Assembly: GCF_000315625.1 (NCBI RefSeq)
Contig: NW_005434605.1
Coordinates: 52,407-116,406, forward strand
From: Guillardia theta CCMP2712
Lineage: Eukaryota > Protista > Cryptophyta
DNA: 64,000 bases
Reading direction: 5' to 3'
Below, in pieces: positions 44,201 to 58,396 of the stretch. The stretch's first letter is position 1, and each line of letters begins with the position of its first letter. Position numbers and translations under genes: made by a program. The notes below the pieces were generated by a model, which saw only the letters and a program-made list of their open reading frames with translations, did no database searches and was not told where the DNA came from.

Positions 44201-47200
44201 AATTGGAAAAGCCATTCAATCGACGAATTCATAACTCAGGCAATGTCAATGGTTGGGGAAGCATATCATATTGCTGAGTCCATGAAACATTACATGTCAT
44301 ATACACAAGATATTCTGCAATCTTGGATCGACAATCCCATGATACAACGGAAGACGATGAAAACGTATCTGCCCACAGACTTTTCCAAATTGCAGTCTTC
44401 AGTTATTGAACAAGGTTATGCTCATATCCGGAATGGCGGTCGAACGATTCATGACTATCTTGTTAAATTTCAGAATATGGTGGGAGCCAACAAGGGGTCT
44501 GCTTCCTTCAAGGCATATCTACAAAGTGTGGATCAGATCGTCGTAGAGGGACTTCGCCGTGCATTTCTCGCCAGTTTAACATACCTTTATCACCAAATTG
44601 ATTCAGACAATCTGATAAGAAGTGATACTAATCCTCTCCTGGAGATACAACTCCTCCTTGAAAACAATCAGTTCGTATTTCAACCAACAATCTCTTCAAC
44701 AGATGACAAGAAGGGCTTAAGAGACATGATTTTCTCTTGGATACACAGTTTTCAGAATATAGGAACCCTAGTACCAAGGGTAGATAACAACGTTGGATTC
44801 GATGATTACGATGTTGAATTGCATGACGACACATTTCTCAGAAAGATTCTGAAACAAATTGATACTTCTCTGGCTGCGAGTGAAGCTGAGTGTGATGAAT
44901 TTCGTCTTTCGTTCAACGAATTCTCTTTCTTATGGATGTCTTCGCCATCAAATGCTCTAGAAAGTTTTTTAGAATATGAACGTGAAATCATTGACTCTGT
45001 TCCCTCCGTTTCAAGCTTTGAAAGAGAGATTTTCAAATATCGTCAGATTGAAGAGGAAATAAGATTTTTGCCTGGGTCTCAAGTTGTTGGTTGGTTGAAG
45101 ATCGACACAAGGCCTCTTCGGCAAACCTTGCTCAACTTAATAGCTTCATGGCGATCAGTTTTTCAGGAGTACCCGTTAAATTTTGTCGAAAAGTCTGTTT
45201 CTGAAATGCTTCAATTTATTTCTGATACATCAAAAAATCTTGACTTGGATGTCTTTGAATTCAATTCCTTGGTGAATGTTTTGAAAAGCTTGAGAGACAT
45301 CAAGCTCGTTGAAGCAAAGTTTACCATGAGGTTGAATATGATGCTTCCAATGTTGCAGATGCTTTCGAAACACGGCAGAAACATACCTTTTGAACTGATA
45401 CAAGAAGCTGAGGGTCTCAAGATGAAATGGATCGAGCTTAAGAACAAAGGCGGCTTGGTCAAAGACAAGAATTCAGATCTGATCAGGAAAGAATCTTCTT
45501 CGCTCCAAACAAAGATAAAAGAGATGACTAAGAAGGTAGAAAGGTTTAGGTCGTATTTTCTGCATCAACTTCCAAACTCCTTTCAGGATGATAGTTCTAC
45601 AGCATTTGCTCAACTTGATGCTCTGATATCCGCACCAAAGAATTCGATTCAAGTCTACCAGAAAGAAAGAGAACGACTCCTGCTGCTACAAGAGCTGTTT
45701 GAGGTTGAGATTCAGGACTTCCCTTCGCTACTCGAATGTCTAAGGGATGCACAAGTCGTGAAAACATTGTTGGATATCAATTCTTTACTTGTGAATACTT
45801 TGAAGCATTGGAAAAAACAAAGATGGTACGATGTATTACCCAAAATGATGGAAGTTGATATGATGGAGATTGACTCGATATTAGAAAATCTGAATCCCGA
45901 AGTTAAGAGGTGGAACCTCTACATTGAAATGCATAACTTGCTTGCTGAGCTGAAAATCACCATACCTATTCTGGAATCTTTACAATCCGAAAACATCAAA
46001 ACTAGGCACTGGAAGCAAATTATGAGAGCAACGGGAGTTTCATTTGTCATTGACAACAAATTCGTTTTGGAAGAACTATTAAAGTTGAACTTGCACTTGT
46101 TTAAGGATGAAATTTCTCGCATAATTGTTCAATCTTCCCAAGAGCACGGAATAGAAAAACAGCTAAGGAGGATTGAAGACTACTTTAATCAATTGAAAAT
46201 GCAAGGCTCTGACTCGAGTCAAACTTTCAACTTAAACCTGGATCCAGAAATCTACAGCGATCTTGAACAAAATCTCAATGTGCTACATACACTGGCTAGT
46301 TCCAAGTATGTATCATTCAACCAATATCTTCAAGAGGCTATTCACAGTCTTTTGGACAAACTTGGATTTGTGGAGAGGTTTTCTGAATATTGGAACACGG
46401 TGATCACGAAATGGCAATCGTTGGAGGGTGTTTATTCGAAATTCAAATTGAAAGAGGATTTTGATGAATATTATCACGTTGCAAGTGAATGGAAAAAGTA
46501 CGTCGCTGATCTACCCCAGGATTTTACATCCCTCCACTCCGCAAAAGAGATAACTTTGCAAGCATTGTGGGGTTTTGTCAACAACTTCGAAAAGTTCGAA
46601 AAGAACCTGGAAGCCTTGCTCAAGTATCGAAGAAAGATTCATCCGATTCTCTATTTCCTTTCAGACAAAGATTTGATTAAGTTGTTGACTCTCGATACCA
46701 GGATTCAAAGTCTTGACGTGTATGTCAACATGTTATCACAGGGCATTCACGGACTTTCAATTAGAAAGGAGAACAATCATAATTTCCAAGTACGTGGAAT
46801 AGTGAACAATGCAGGAGAGACACTTGCATTTCCAGAAGCAATCCTTCTATCCCAAGAAAATGATGTCAATGTATCAAACGTAATGGAGCATACGAAAAAG
46901 GTTATGGAAAATCGAATTTACAGCATGTACGTGGAATGCAAGCAAAAAGAAAGGTGGAAGACGTTTCAATCAATGTCTACACAAGAAATCCTTCATATTT
47001 TCAGCATTTTCTTTACAGAAAAGGTAACGAATGCATTGGAACAATGTGAAAAACCTGATTCCACAGGGGACATATTAGAAATATTGAGCTCAAACCTCAA
47101 GGCAGATCATCAAGAAACAGTGGATCTTAATGCACAAACATTGTCGCACATAGAACGTAAAAAGTACGCTTCTCTTGTTGTTGCAGGGCTGGCTCAACTT

Positions 47201-50200
47201 GACATAATGGGAACCTTGGTGAAATGTAGCGCATCTAGCAGAAGTTCCTTCGAGTGGCAATCTCAAAAGCGAATGTACATGAATTTCGAAACCTGCAAAA
47301 GTCACGGAGAAATTTTGAATTATAAGAGGGAGTATGGACATGAAGTTCTAGGGCATACTGAAAGAATCGTGTTGACACCGATGACTCAACGATGTCAAAT
47401 CTCAATGGCAAATGCTGCTGGTCTCCGCCAAATAGGAGCTCTACTTGGACGCTGTGGGAATGGGAAACGTTCTATCCTGCAGGACATGGCCTCGTTCTTC
47501 GGCGAAGCAATCCGCTCACAAGTCTTCTTTGAAGACTGCAAAGATATCGTCGACCTGGTACATGCACTTTCCATCACAAACAGTTGGGCCGTATTTGAGG
47601 TGTCGATGTTGAAGTCAGTCGACGCGGCTGTTCTGTACTCTGCGATCAAGGAGACCTTACTTTTCTTGAGACGAAACATTAACGTCAATAGAGGCGAAGC
47701 CGATACTATCCTACGCAGCGCTTCTTCTTCTCCCACGTTTTCTGTTCAACCTCAATTCTTTCTCACCATCGACGTAGATGCATTGAACTACCTTTGGCAT
47801 CCCTCAATCAAAGGAGATCTAAGAGCTTGCACTGTCTTTGAAGTTCACCTTGAAATTGTCCTCAGTACAAAATTGCAAAGTGAAGGCTTCCAAAAACATG
47901 TAATGCTCACCCATCGACTGTGCAGTCTCAAAGAGATAATCGAGAATCTGGTATTAACGAGAGTGAGCGTCAGCCTGTTGAAAGCTCTGATATGGAAAGC
48001 TAAAACCATTATCAGTGCAGGTTTGCTACAAGATGAGATTTCTGCATTTGTCATCGCTGTGGAAGAACTTCTGAGTCAGAGGTTCGATCTTCAGGAGCAT
48101 ACCAATGCGCAAATAATCTCACAAGTGTTTGGAGAACTGAGTCTTGAGACAAGTCCGACAGACAAAACTTGGGTGTATCGCGATTTTAGAGCAAAGACGA
48201 TCTGCTTTGAACAAGCAGCGCAAGAACACCGATCTATATTTGTCATTGGACCTGCAAATAGTGGAAAGTCTTCCATCATTCACTCATACATTGAATCTAA
48301 GGTTCAAGCAGGCAAGAAAGTGAAACATCTCTGCATGAATCCAAAAGCAATACAGACAGCTCACATGGTCGGTTATTATCGAGATGGGATTTGGATGGAT
48401 GGAGTATTGACATGCGCATTGAAGGATTTAGAGCAGGATGCCGTGCACGATATGAAGATTCTAATATTCGATTCTTTGATGGATCCAGTCTGGACTGAGA
48501 TGATAAAGCCTTTGATTGACACCAAGAGGTTCTTTCAGTCAAAGAACCAAGAGAACATAGCCATCAATCCAGACACAAAAGTCTTCTTTGAAACACCGGA
48601 CCTTCAGTTGTGCGCGCCATGCATCGTTGGAACAAGTTACATCTCTTTCGTGGGAGATGATTGTGTACCCTGGAAAGCATTGATTGAATCGTGGGTATCA
48701 GAAACTCCGCACAAAGAAATTCTCAGGGAATTTTCTGAATTCTATCTGCCCAAGATTGTGAATTTCTTGGAAGAGAACGAAGACATGATCACAGGATACC
48801 ATCTGAAGAGCAGAATCAAGGGTCTGATTGAAATATTTGACCTGATTGCACAAATCAATGTCGAAAAACTTGACAGAGAGGAGCAAACACTTGAGAAGGC
48901 AAAATCTCTGGAGGGTGTTTACATTTTTTCTTGTTTCTGGGCATTGTTTGGGTGTTTTGACTGTGAGTCGGCGACAAACTTTCGGAAGAAAGCAAACTCT
49001 TTCTGGAAAGAGACTTTTGACAGGGTGATTTTACCCAGCGACTTGACAATTTTTGAAATTTGCTTTGATTTCGTGAAGCGTGAATTTGTCCCTTGGCAGT
49101 CACAATTATCAGTTTACTTTGACATCTCGCAATCTAACTTTGGGCAGCTGTTTGTCCCAACCCCTGAAACAGTGCCATATTCTTTCCTAACTTCAATGCT
49201 TGCATCATGGAACAAGTTTGTACTGTTGAAAGGAAGGCCTGGATGCGGCAAGAGTTCTCTTATCCGCGAGACGTTAAGAGTGCTTGACCAAGAGGTGTTC
49301 TCAACTGAGTACATGCTCTTTCAATGCACTACCAGTGCAGAAACACTTCAACAGAAATTTCAGGGAATGCTGGTGAGGTCTACAAAGAGGTTCTGGTATC
49401 CCCTTAGTGGAAAGAAGCTCATCATTCAAGTAGATGACATGAATTTGTGCGAGCGAGACAGGTATGATTCGCAGAATGCCTGTGAATTTCTGCGGTACTT
49501 CTTGAAACATCGACAATACTATGAAGGATTGAGCTCTATAAGCGTCAATGTGAAGGATGTTGTAGTAGTTGGAAGCTATACACCATTCCCAGGATTTGCT
49601 TTGAGTCAAAGGCTAGAGAACAAATTCATCTCCTTCACGATTGACAACCCCAGTGACAACGCATTGCACACCATCGTTACCACTCTCGCGCTCACTCACT
49701 TCAACACTTTTGAAACCAGAATCAAATCATTCATCTCAGAAGCGATGGTGTGGGCAACCATCAACGTTCATCATATGGTGAATGAATGCTTCAAGGCTGT
49801 TGGTGAAAGGTTTCACTATGTGTATGGATTGAAGGACATTTGTGCAGTGATGCAAGGAATGTCTAGAGCTACAACGAGGTTCTTCGATTCTCCTGCTTCG
49901 TTGATCAGCTTGTGGATACATGAATGTGAAAGAGTGTACAGTGACAGATTTGTTTCCAAGTCTGACTTTCAAATTTTTAAAAAGAAGTTGAACGATGCTT
50001 GTTTCAAATGGTTTGATGAGTATGACGATGATATTAACATGATTGTCTCCAAAAACAATCTTTACGCACCTTTGGTTCTGCAGGGGCTCGAGCCAGGGTC
50101 TGAACTAGACCAAACCATGTATTCCGTAATGCTGAATATGGACAAAGCTAAGCGAGTTGTTGCGGAGAAGCACCTTGAGTTTCAAAGATCTGCCAAGTTA

Positions 50201-53200
50201 GCACCATTCGTCACTTTGACGCATTCACTTTCACACATCACCAGGCTGACAAGAGCAATGACACAACCGTCTGGCCACGTCATATTCCTTGGCTCTCATG
50301 GGAGTGAACGACGAGTTCTGATTGCTATCAGTGCTTACATCCTTGGTATCGAGCTAGTGAGCGGCAAAGGCTCTTACGATGATTTCTGGAAGGCTTGCAA
50401 ACGCTGGCATAAAGAAGCTGGTCTACATTCAAAACAAGTCGTGGTTGTACTGGAAGATGATGACCTCTTAGATTGCAAGAAAGTCTCCCTCACCCAAGAG
50501 ATCATTGCAACAGGGTACGCAAGCTCATTTTTTGATCGACAGCAGAAAGAAGATCTCTGTAAACAAGTCAAACCAAGGCTGAATGACAGCGGCATCATCG
50601 ACAACGCAGACAACTGCTGGGAATATTATCTTACAGAAGCGAGAAAGAATTTTCATTTTAGTCTGTGTTTTGCTAATGATTCTGAGTTCCGGAAAGTTTC
50701 AGTCAGTCGTTTTCCAAGCTTATATCAAGGAATAGTGATTGACTTCTATCATCCTCTCGTCAAGGAAAATCTGATAGAAATGGCCCAGATGTACCTTAAA
50801 AGTGACTTGCTTGTTCCAGAATATTTAAAGGACAATAGTGCCCAACATCTTGCCTTTGTGTTTGATTTCTTTCGGTTTTCTAGTATTTCTTCTACCATGT
50901 ATCTGGATAAATCTCCCTCTGGTTTCTTGAATTATGTTTCTGAATTTCAAGCACTGCTGAGACGTAAGCATGTTGAAAGTCAACGACGGAAGGTTAGGAT
51001 TCAGTCAGTCTTACACAAGCTTCAGACTGCAACAGAGAAAGCTAAGTTCCTGGAGCAGAGGCTCCAAGATGACTTGAGAGATCTTCAGGACAAGAGCGAC
51101 ATTGCCGAGCAGAGCTTGCAATCCTTGAGCCATGAAACTTCGATTGTGGATGCCGAGAAAGCATCAGCGTCTGAAGAGGAGGCCGTCCTTGTCTCTTGTA
51201 CCTCCGAGTTCGAACGACAACAGCAGCAGTACCTGGAAGAGCACAAGTCAGTTGATCCTTTTGTCACCGAGCTCGAAAGCTCCTTGTCCCTTATAGACAA
51301 GAAGTCTCTGAATGAACTCAAGGCACTAAACACGCCTCCTAACGGTGTAGAAGACGTCATCTTGGCTGTTGCCGTCATCGTCAACAAGGGAACTGTTCCC
51401 AAAGAGGTCGGGTGGAACTTCTGCAAGAAGGTGATAGCAAACAGCGAGCAGCTGTTGAAAGCCCTAAACTCAATCAACGGTGAGAACGTGTCAGATGCTG
51501 CTGTAGCATACTGCGAAGCCAACCTCGTCAAAAAAGACTCTTTCAACCCCGACAAGATCAGAAGCAAGAGCGCGGCAGCCTCTGGAATGTGTGCCTGGGT
51601 GATCAGTCTTTGCAGGTATCACAAGGCATTCCAGGCCGTGATGCCGGCCCGTAAGAAGCTTGATGAAGCAGCAGGCAACATGCAGAGACTGGAGGTGAGG
51701 ATGGCAAACGTTCACTCTCACCTGCAAGCCATGGACGAGAAGCTGAGCCACCTGACGAGTCTCTATCAAGCAGCGCTCGCCGAGAAGAACAAGGCACAAG
51801 GAGTGGTGAACGACACCCGGTCTCAAATCGACGTGGCAAAGAAGATGATGGACATCTTGAGTGTTCAGAGTGATCGATGGACCATGAACATCAAAAGAAT
51901 CGAGTCTGATGATCAGTTCATCTTTGGGGACACCCTGCTGTGCGCTTCATATCTTTCGTTCATGGGAGTTTGCAACCGAGTGCAAAGAAAAGAAATCTTG
52001 TCGTCTTGGAAACTGGATCTAACAGAGAGAGACATCGCTGTGTCAAAGGAGTTCAGCATCACGAGAAACCTGCTGAGTGAGGTCGAGATTGATAGATGTC
52101 ACCTTTGGAAGCTCCCTCAAGATTCTCTTGTACTCGAAAATGCTGCGCTGGTGCTGCACAGCCTTCAGACGCCGGTGATCCTTGATCCTGATGATGTTTT
52201 CTTGAGATGGCTGCGCAATCACTTGGGTCTGCAAGAACAAGGAGTGGCTCATGGTCAAACTTCCGAGGTGGTATGGTGCAGCTGTCATGACAAAAATTTC
52301 GTCGAGAAAATCGATGCTTGCATCACATCGGCGAAGATGTTGGTAGCCTTTGACTTGCTGGATGACATTCCAGACAGCCTGCTTGGGTATCTCAGTAAAA
52401 AGAACAACATTTACTTGCATACACGATTGGAAAGGCCGAGGTTCATCAGCGAGCACTGCTCCGTACTCACAGTCATAGACTGCAAGCTAGATTCAACATC
52501 CTTTGAGGCAATCTTGCAGGAAGTGATCAACCGAGAGCTCGACTTTGACAACTACAAGAAGGTTTTGAGTCAAAAGGAGGAACAGATCGAGTTGCTCGGG
52601 AAAAGAGAATCCTGTGAGCAAGAGCTTCTCAGCCTCATAGCGGACTCCAGTGGAGACGTTCTTGAAGACCCAGGTTTCTTGGAGAATTTGGAGAAATTCT
52701 GGACAAGATTTCAGGCAGCTGGTGAGGAGTACGAAAGAAGTACACTTCATCAGGAAGAAATTCGATTGCCTGCGGAGTATTATGAGGTTTCCTATCGCGG
52801 AACGCTGCTTTACCAGCTAGCTCAGAGGCTGGTACACTTGGACAGCACTTACATGGTCTCCACTCCTCAACTGTTGACTTCGTTTCTGCGAGGTCTGAGG
52901 AGTGCTTCGGATGATGAGGCACATCAGAACAAGGCGGACCCTGACTGGAAGCTGCAGAGCTTGATGCTAGCAACCACGTTGCACATGTGCAGGTTGGTGG
53001 TTGCTAGCCTGTCGAGCACTCATCGGTTGCCTTTCTTGTCGTTTGTCACGCTGGAGGTGTCGGCGGCCAAGGACCCATGGGCCTCGCAATGCAAGGGCTT
53101 TCTCTTGAGGAAGCAGCGAGCGCAGGCGACCGAGTCGTCACCCTTCCCTTGGCTGCACGAGTCCCAGTGGTCGCAGCTCTCCGACCTCGAGGACTTGGCC

Positions 53201-55258
53201 CTGCCCCCGCAATCCGGTTCCTCTACTTTGGTGTTGAGGCCCTTTGCAGGGTTCAAGCAGGAGATGCTAAGGTCCTCGGGCCGCTTCCGAGAGTGGTACC
53301 TCTCTGACAGCCCTGAGCACGCCTCGCTGCCCGGAGACTGGCGGCAAATAGACGAAACATCCATGATCGCCCTCGTCTCCATCCTGCGACCTGACCGCCT
53401 GCCACAAGCGTTGGAGCAGCTCGTGAGAAAGACACTCGGCCTGGGGTCCCTGTCCACGATCCTCAACTCCGATGAAGCTGTCAAGGAACAGGGCGACAGC
53501 AAGCATCCTATCTTCTTCATCGTCAACGAGGACGAAGACGTGGAGGAGCTGGTCAGGGCAACTTTGCAGTATGCTGGCCTGATGCCATCGGGTCGGAAGA
53601 TGAGATCGATCATCCTGTCGGACACTGACATGGATAGACTAGACATATTACTAGAGGAAGAGCTTGAGGGGGACCATGTTGTTCACCTCCAAGATGTGCA
53701 AGTTGCAAGCAGATGGTTGAATCTGAGCTTTCCGCTCTTTCTCTCGAGGCTGAGACAAGGAACATTGCCTTGTATTTTGATTCTATCCGGAAAACGAGCC
53801 GCGATCACTGAGGTGATTAGTGGAACCTGCTTGAAGGTTGACAGGACAGCACCAAGGTCACTGCACTCATGCTTGAAGATGAACGTGCAGGCTGTCGGAG
53901 ACAAGATCGATCTGGAGCACTCTTCTCCTACCTCCAGGAAGATGATGTTTGCCCTCTGCGTCTTCTACGCGGTCATCGACTTCCGCAAAAGCTTCCGGGA
54001 GGTCGGATGGAACCATCGGTACTCCTTCGGTCTCGACTCCTTGCTTGTCGCTTGCGAGTTCGCCTCCGACGTCGCTGAAGGCTTCGCCATCAGCCCCTGG
54101 CAGCACCTCAGGCACATGGTTGTGCGGCTCACCTGTGGCGAGGAGATGTCAGATGGTATAGATGAATCTGTGCTAGACGCCTATTGCCACAAGTTTGTTT
54201 CCGAGAGTCTCCTGTCCAACTTGGAAATCCTTCCTGGTTTGAAAACTCCTGGAGCTAGGTACGAATGGAACGACATTGTGGGTCAACTTCAGCAGGAGGA
54301 AGTCCTCCATTCCCCCACGAGCATCGGGTTGTTCAAGTACGCGGGGCTACGGCAATCCCTGGAGGAGTCTCAAATCCTGCTGGAATGCATCGGATCTTTG
54401 CAGCTCGAGGCCTCCGGGAGCAGCAGGAGCAGCGAGGAGGCGCTCACCATAGCAGACGAGATCCTCGACAAGATCCCGGAGGTGATCAGCGTCGAGAGCG
54501 CAAGGAAAGACCCGCTCTCCTTCTTCTTTCTCAGCGAGATCGATCGGCTGAACCGGTTGACCTCCAAGATGACGGTTGACGTCACCAAGTGGCGGAAGGG
54601 GCTGAAGCAGCAGCTGCTGTCAGCTGACGAGAGCGGCTCGGTGGGCAGCATGGCAAGTAACATGGTGCCGACGGCATGGGAGGCGATGGCCTACCCCTCG
54701 CTGAGGTCTCTGTCGTCATGGCTGGCAGACTTGAAGGAGCGACACGGTCAGCTGCGAGACATCGCGAGCTCCGACCTCGAGCCGCTGAAGGCGATCTGGT
54801 TGCCCGGCCTCTTCTGCCCTCAGGCCTTTATGCATGCCGTGCGAGTGTCGCTCGCCAAGACGACGAGCATGGCGGTCGAGGCGACTGAGATCGAGGCAGC
54901 CGTCTTGTCCGGGGAGAGAGCAGCCCCAGGAGCCTTCGATGGTGAAGCGTTTCATGTGAGTGGCATCTTCTTGGAGGGTGCGCGATGGAGCGAGCAAGAC
55001 GCGAGGCTCGAGCTCGCGTCCGAGCATCACACCAGCTGCAGCAGAATCGCTGACGTCAGTCTGACTCCTCGCAAGGAGAGAAGCAAACCGAGCCTCTCCC
55101 TCCCCGTCTACCGCACTCGCATGCGCGGGAACTCCTACCTCTTCCACTTGCTCTTCCCTTCCAACGAGCACAGTGCTGCATGGCTCATGAGCGGGGCTGC
55201 CGTTGTACTCGACGTTGAAACTTCAGCTCGAAGTGAGGGAGGTCCTAGTGTGAGGTAG
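41288..55258 (+). CDS. Divergent axonemal dynein heavy chain (two-headed/outer-arm type tail); many small 5' exons then one exon of about 11.6 kb
   Basis: Tail motifs IHVIENSIVLWTKQIKDVL, SKFYNTQGRLVLLIREICNEII, PPHAGAVMWSRGLLERI; linker IKTRHWKQIM, LYFLSDKDLIKLL; RIVLTPMTQRC; P-loops GPANSGKS and GRPGCGKS; MTBD ELKALNTPPNGV; C-terminus IWLPGLFCPQAF, VSGIFLEGARW, LPVYRT. Start codon approximate. Confidence 0.92.
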
Positions 55259-55309
55259 AGAAGTAGGTGACGATGAACATGGTACTTTAGTAAATCTATT
55301 TCTTCCTCA

Positions 55310-58300
55310 TCAGCTGTCTGAAAACTTTGTTTGCACGTGTTCCTTCATGCGAATCACATTCAACTGCTTCTGCATTGCTCGTTCGTGGCGGATATTCCTA
55401 TCGACCTGGAGCAGAACGTCAACGAAGAGAGAGGTGCATGGGGAACTTGTCCTCACTTCTTCAAATCGACTAACTCGGGTATTCGTCTTAGCAAACAACA
55501 TTTCCAGTATCTCTTGAATGTGCGAATGCACGTCGTTGAAGCTCATGTTTCTCACAACTGCACAACTTTAGGACACAAACATGGTGATTGAACAAATACC
55601 TAAAGACTTCTCGCGCAGCCTCCTCGTTTCTTCGCTGCAATCCTCCCTAATGGATTTCCTCCTTTCAAGTCCAAGTCATTATCATCACCGACCCTTCCGT
55701 CTCTCATACTTGGATGTTGCGTCTTTCGAGTCTTCCTTGCCCTTCGCTGTCTCCACACTCTCATCCGATTGTCTTTTCCGCTTCCTTTCGCTCTCCACCC
55801 TTGAGATGACAATCATCCTCACGCACTCATCTCTCGAGTCTTTTACCTCTCGTGATCTCCATTCATCATGTACGTCCCAACCTTTCCCATCGGTATGACC
55901 GAAGCTTTCGACAGGTCGAAAGTATCCAGCTGAGGGAACAGTCAGCACCCTCATCGCAACTGCGTCGGAGCGTCACGTCATCCAGCTTAGAGGTCTCCAT
56001 GTACTTGCACTCTATCGCTTCTTCGATCAGCTTCACCTGATCCCAGACAAGCGTAAGGCAATAGCGGCACTTGGCAACTCGCTTACTTCGTCATCGCTGA
56101 CCACTCGGTACTGGGTTGGGAGGAGCTGCAAGGTCACCATCCCCGCACATCCGCAGAGCTCCACGTCGAATATGCCAGCCTAGGACAAGACTAGATCACA
56201 CGGGAGGGAGCGGAAGGCGGGTGACACACCTGCAGGTTGTAGATCTTCTTGATACACCCTCGATTTCTTCTCGCCTCGTCGCAGATAAGAACGATGAAGC
56301 TGCCAACTTTTGGCACTGCCGTTCCATCATACGGCCATTGGAGAACTTCAAGCCTGCATGATTCGATCAGCAGCGAGCTTCATAATTCGTTCTCGGACCA
56401 TCTCAAACTTGGTTCCCGGCGAATTTCTTCAGCTTCCCCTTCGTGATGGTCGCTTTGCCGTTCATCGGACATAGTTTCATCTGCGACAGGCAGACTTGTT
56501 GAAGATTCGGACCCTGACGAGATCGCTACATTCACGTCAGGAACATCAACTCATCTTCCACGTCATCACCATTGATCGCCGCGTCGTATGCACCTTCCAA
56601 ATGAGGGCTTTCTTTCAAGCTTGCTAACCAAGGAAACCATCTTGGCGACCAATCACCCGGGAAATATTTTCGATCTTCACTCTGATTGACTGGTTTGAGA
56701 GGATAGCAATCCTTCGTGATAATGTAAGCTTTCAGAGGCGACGTGAACGTAACCCTTTATCACCTCAATGAACCTGTCGGCGATCGGCAACCTTGCGAAG
56801 TGCAACACGCATTGCTGCATCGTCTTGCCTCCCACACATTGTGCCACAACATCCCAATCATCCCCACAGCTTCGACAAGGGATTAGAAATCGAAGCTCAC
56901 GTTCAAGGCTCACCGGTGAACCGCGTCTACTAATCGATTCGTTTCTTCTTCAGTCCAGTCATCGAATGAAGGCCTGTGAATGCATGTCATTAGACAGAAC
57001 CATCACTTGTCAAAGGACGAGATTACTTGGATGCTGTCAGAGGATCGCTCAAAACCTTTTTCTTGAAGTCCGATGCCGCCATGTGCATGGGAAGCATTCC
57101 CGTGCTGATTGCTAGAGGAGAGAGGTACACTCCCTGCCACTTCTGGGAGGAATAATGCATCCTTTGCAGCGGTTCTCCTGTCACTGTACAGTTCCTGATA
57201 TTCTTGCTGGGTCCTTGCTCAGACAAAAGCTTTGCGATTCCCCTCGGCGTGTCGAAGTTTGAGAGGCAGAACATCGCCTTAGAGAATCGCACTCGAGCGT
57301 CAGATTCGGTGTTGATGATTCCCCAGTAATCCAGGAAGGAATGTACACGGAAGACAGTGGATGCATCTGCTGAGACGTGCCGCAGGCAGTCTGTTGCATA
57401 TAGAGGGACTTGGGGGAAATCCCGATAGGTCTCAACAATCTTGTTCCTTAGAGAGATGTAGCGACTGACATCAACTGGCGTTTGGGCATACTCAGGGAAT
57501 GCAGACTTCTCGATCTGATGCATTTTGCTGATGTCAAACCAAACAGAGTAGCTAGGGAGAACAATCTGGAGTAGAAGAGAGTCAGCGGCACAACAAGTAA
57601 GGGATCCTATGAACCGGATCCTGTAGGCTCAAGTCACTTGCAGAGTCGTTGGAGGCAACCGCTGCATGTGTGTACTCTCTGGCGGCCATGACCTGCTCTC
57701 ACTTCAACTTGAGAGGAAGTCAACCATAACTGAACCTGTAGTGGTATCGGAGTTGTAGTATTCTTGACATTCTTGGATGGCACAGCAACATTCTTTGACT
57801 CCACTTTGGGAGTAATTACATTGATATTCGACAGCTGATTCGAAGAAGCTGCCTGTGTGTTGGTCGCTGGGACATGCTGGGTCATGACAGGTTGACTCTG
57901 TTTGTTAGTCTGAGTCTGATAGATCGTCGAGCTTCCTGATGGAGTTGCTATCTTGTGCTCCTGCGATTCTCGACTTTCATCAGCACTGCCAGCTTGTTTC
58001 TTGGAATCCTGTAATTCTCTCAGATTGCGAGCACAGAGAGCCAAGGTATACATTCTTCTCTATCGAGTTTGTCTCTTTCACGTTTGAAGATTTGGTCGAC
58101 GGCGTCGAGGTGGAGTCTGCCGCCTTCACAGGGGTAGCCTCTTTCCCCTTCCTCTCTGACTCCTTCTCTTTCTTCGGGGTTTCAACTCTCTGCGATCCCT
58201 CATTTGCCTCCTGCTTCACAGAGTCTTGCTTCTCAGATGGTGTTGCTGAATTTTTCGTTGATTCTCCTGAGGATTTCTTCGGCGTCGTTGTCCTTGAATC

Positions 58301-58396
58301 TTTTTCTGTGGCAGAATCCATGCTGTCTTCTACATCTCGGACGCTCCTTGTAACCCCTTTCTTCTTTCTCCTCGGAACTGGATCAGAATTTTGCAT
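55310..58396 (-). CDS. SWI/SNF subunit SWI3/SMARCC-like (SWIRM + SANT), multi-exon; true start probably slightly upstream
   Basis: IVLPSYSVWFDISKMHQIEKSAFPEY...YISLRNKIVETYR...VFRVHSFLDYWGIIN (SWIRM); DWTEEET...GDDWDVVAQCVGGKTMQQCVLHFARLPIADRF (SANT); C-terminal coiled coil. Confidence 0.88.

Noticed and set aside
43819-55171. Numerous antisense and alternate-frame ORFs inside the dynein exon
   Set aside because: Shadow ORFs with no motifs; expected from codon bias.
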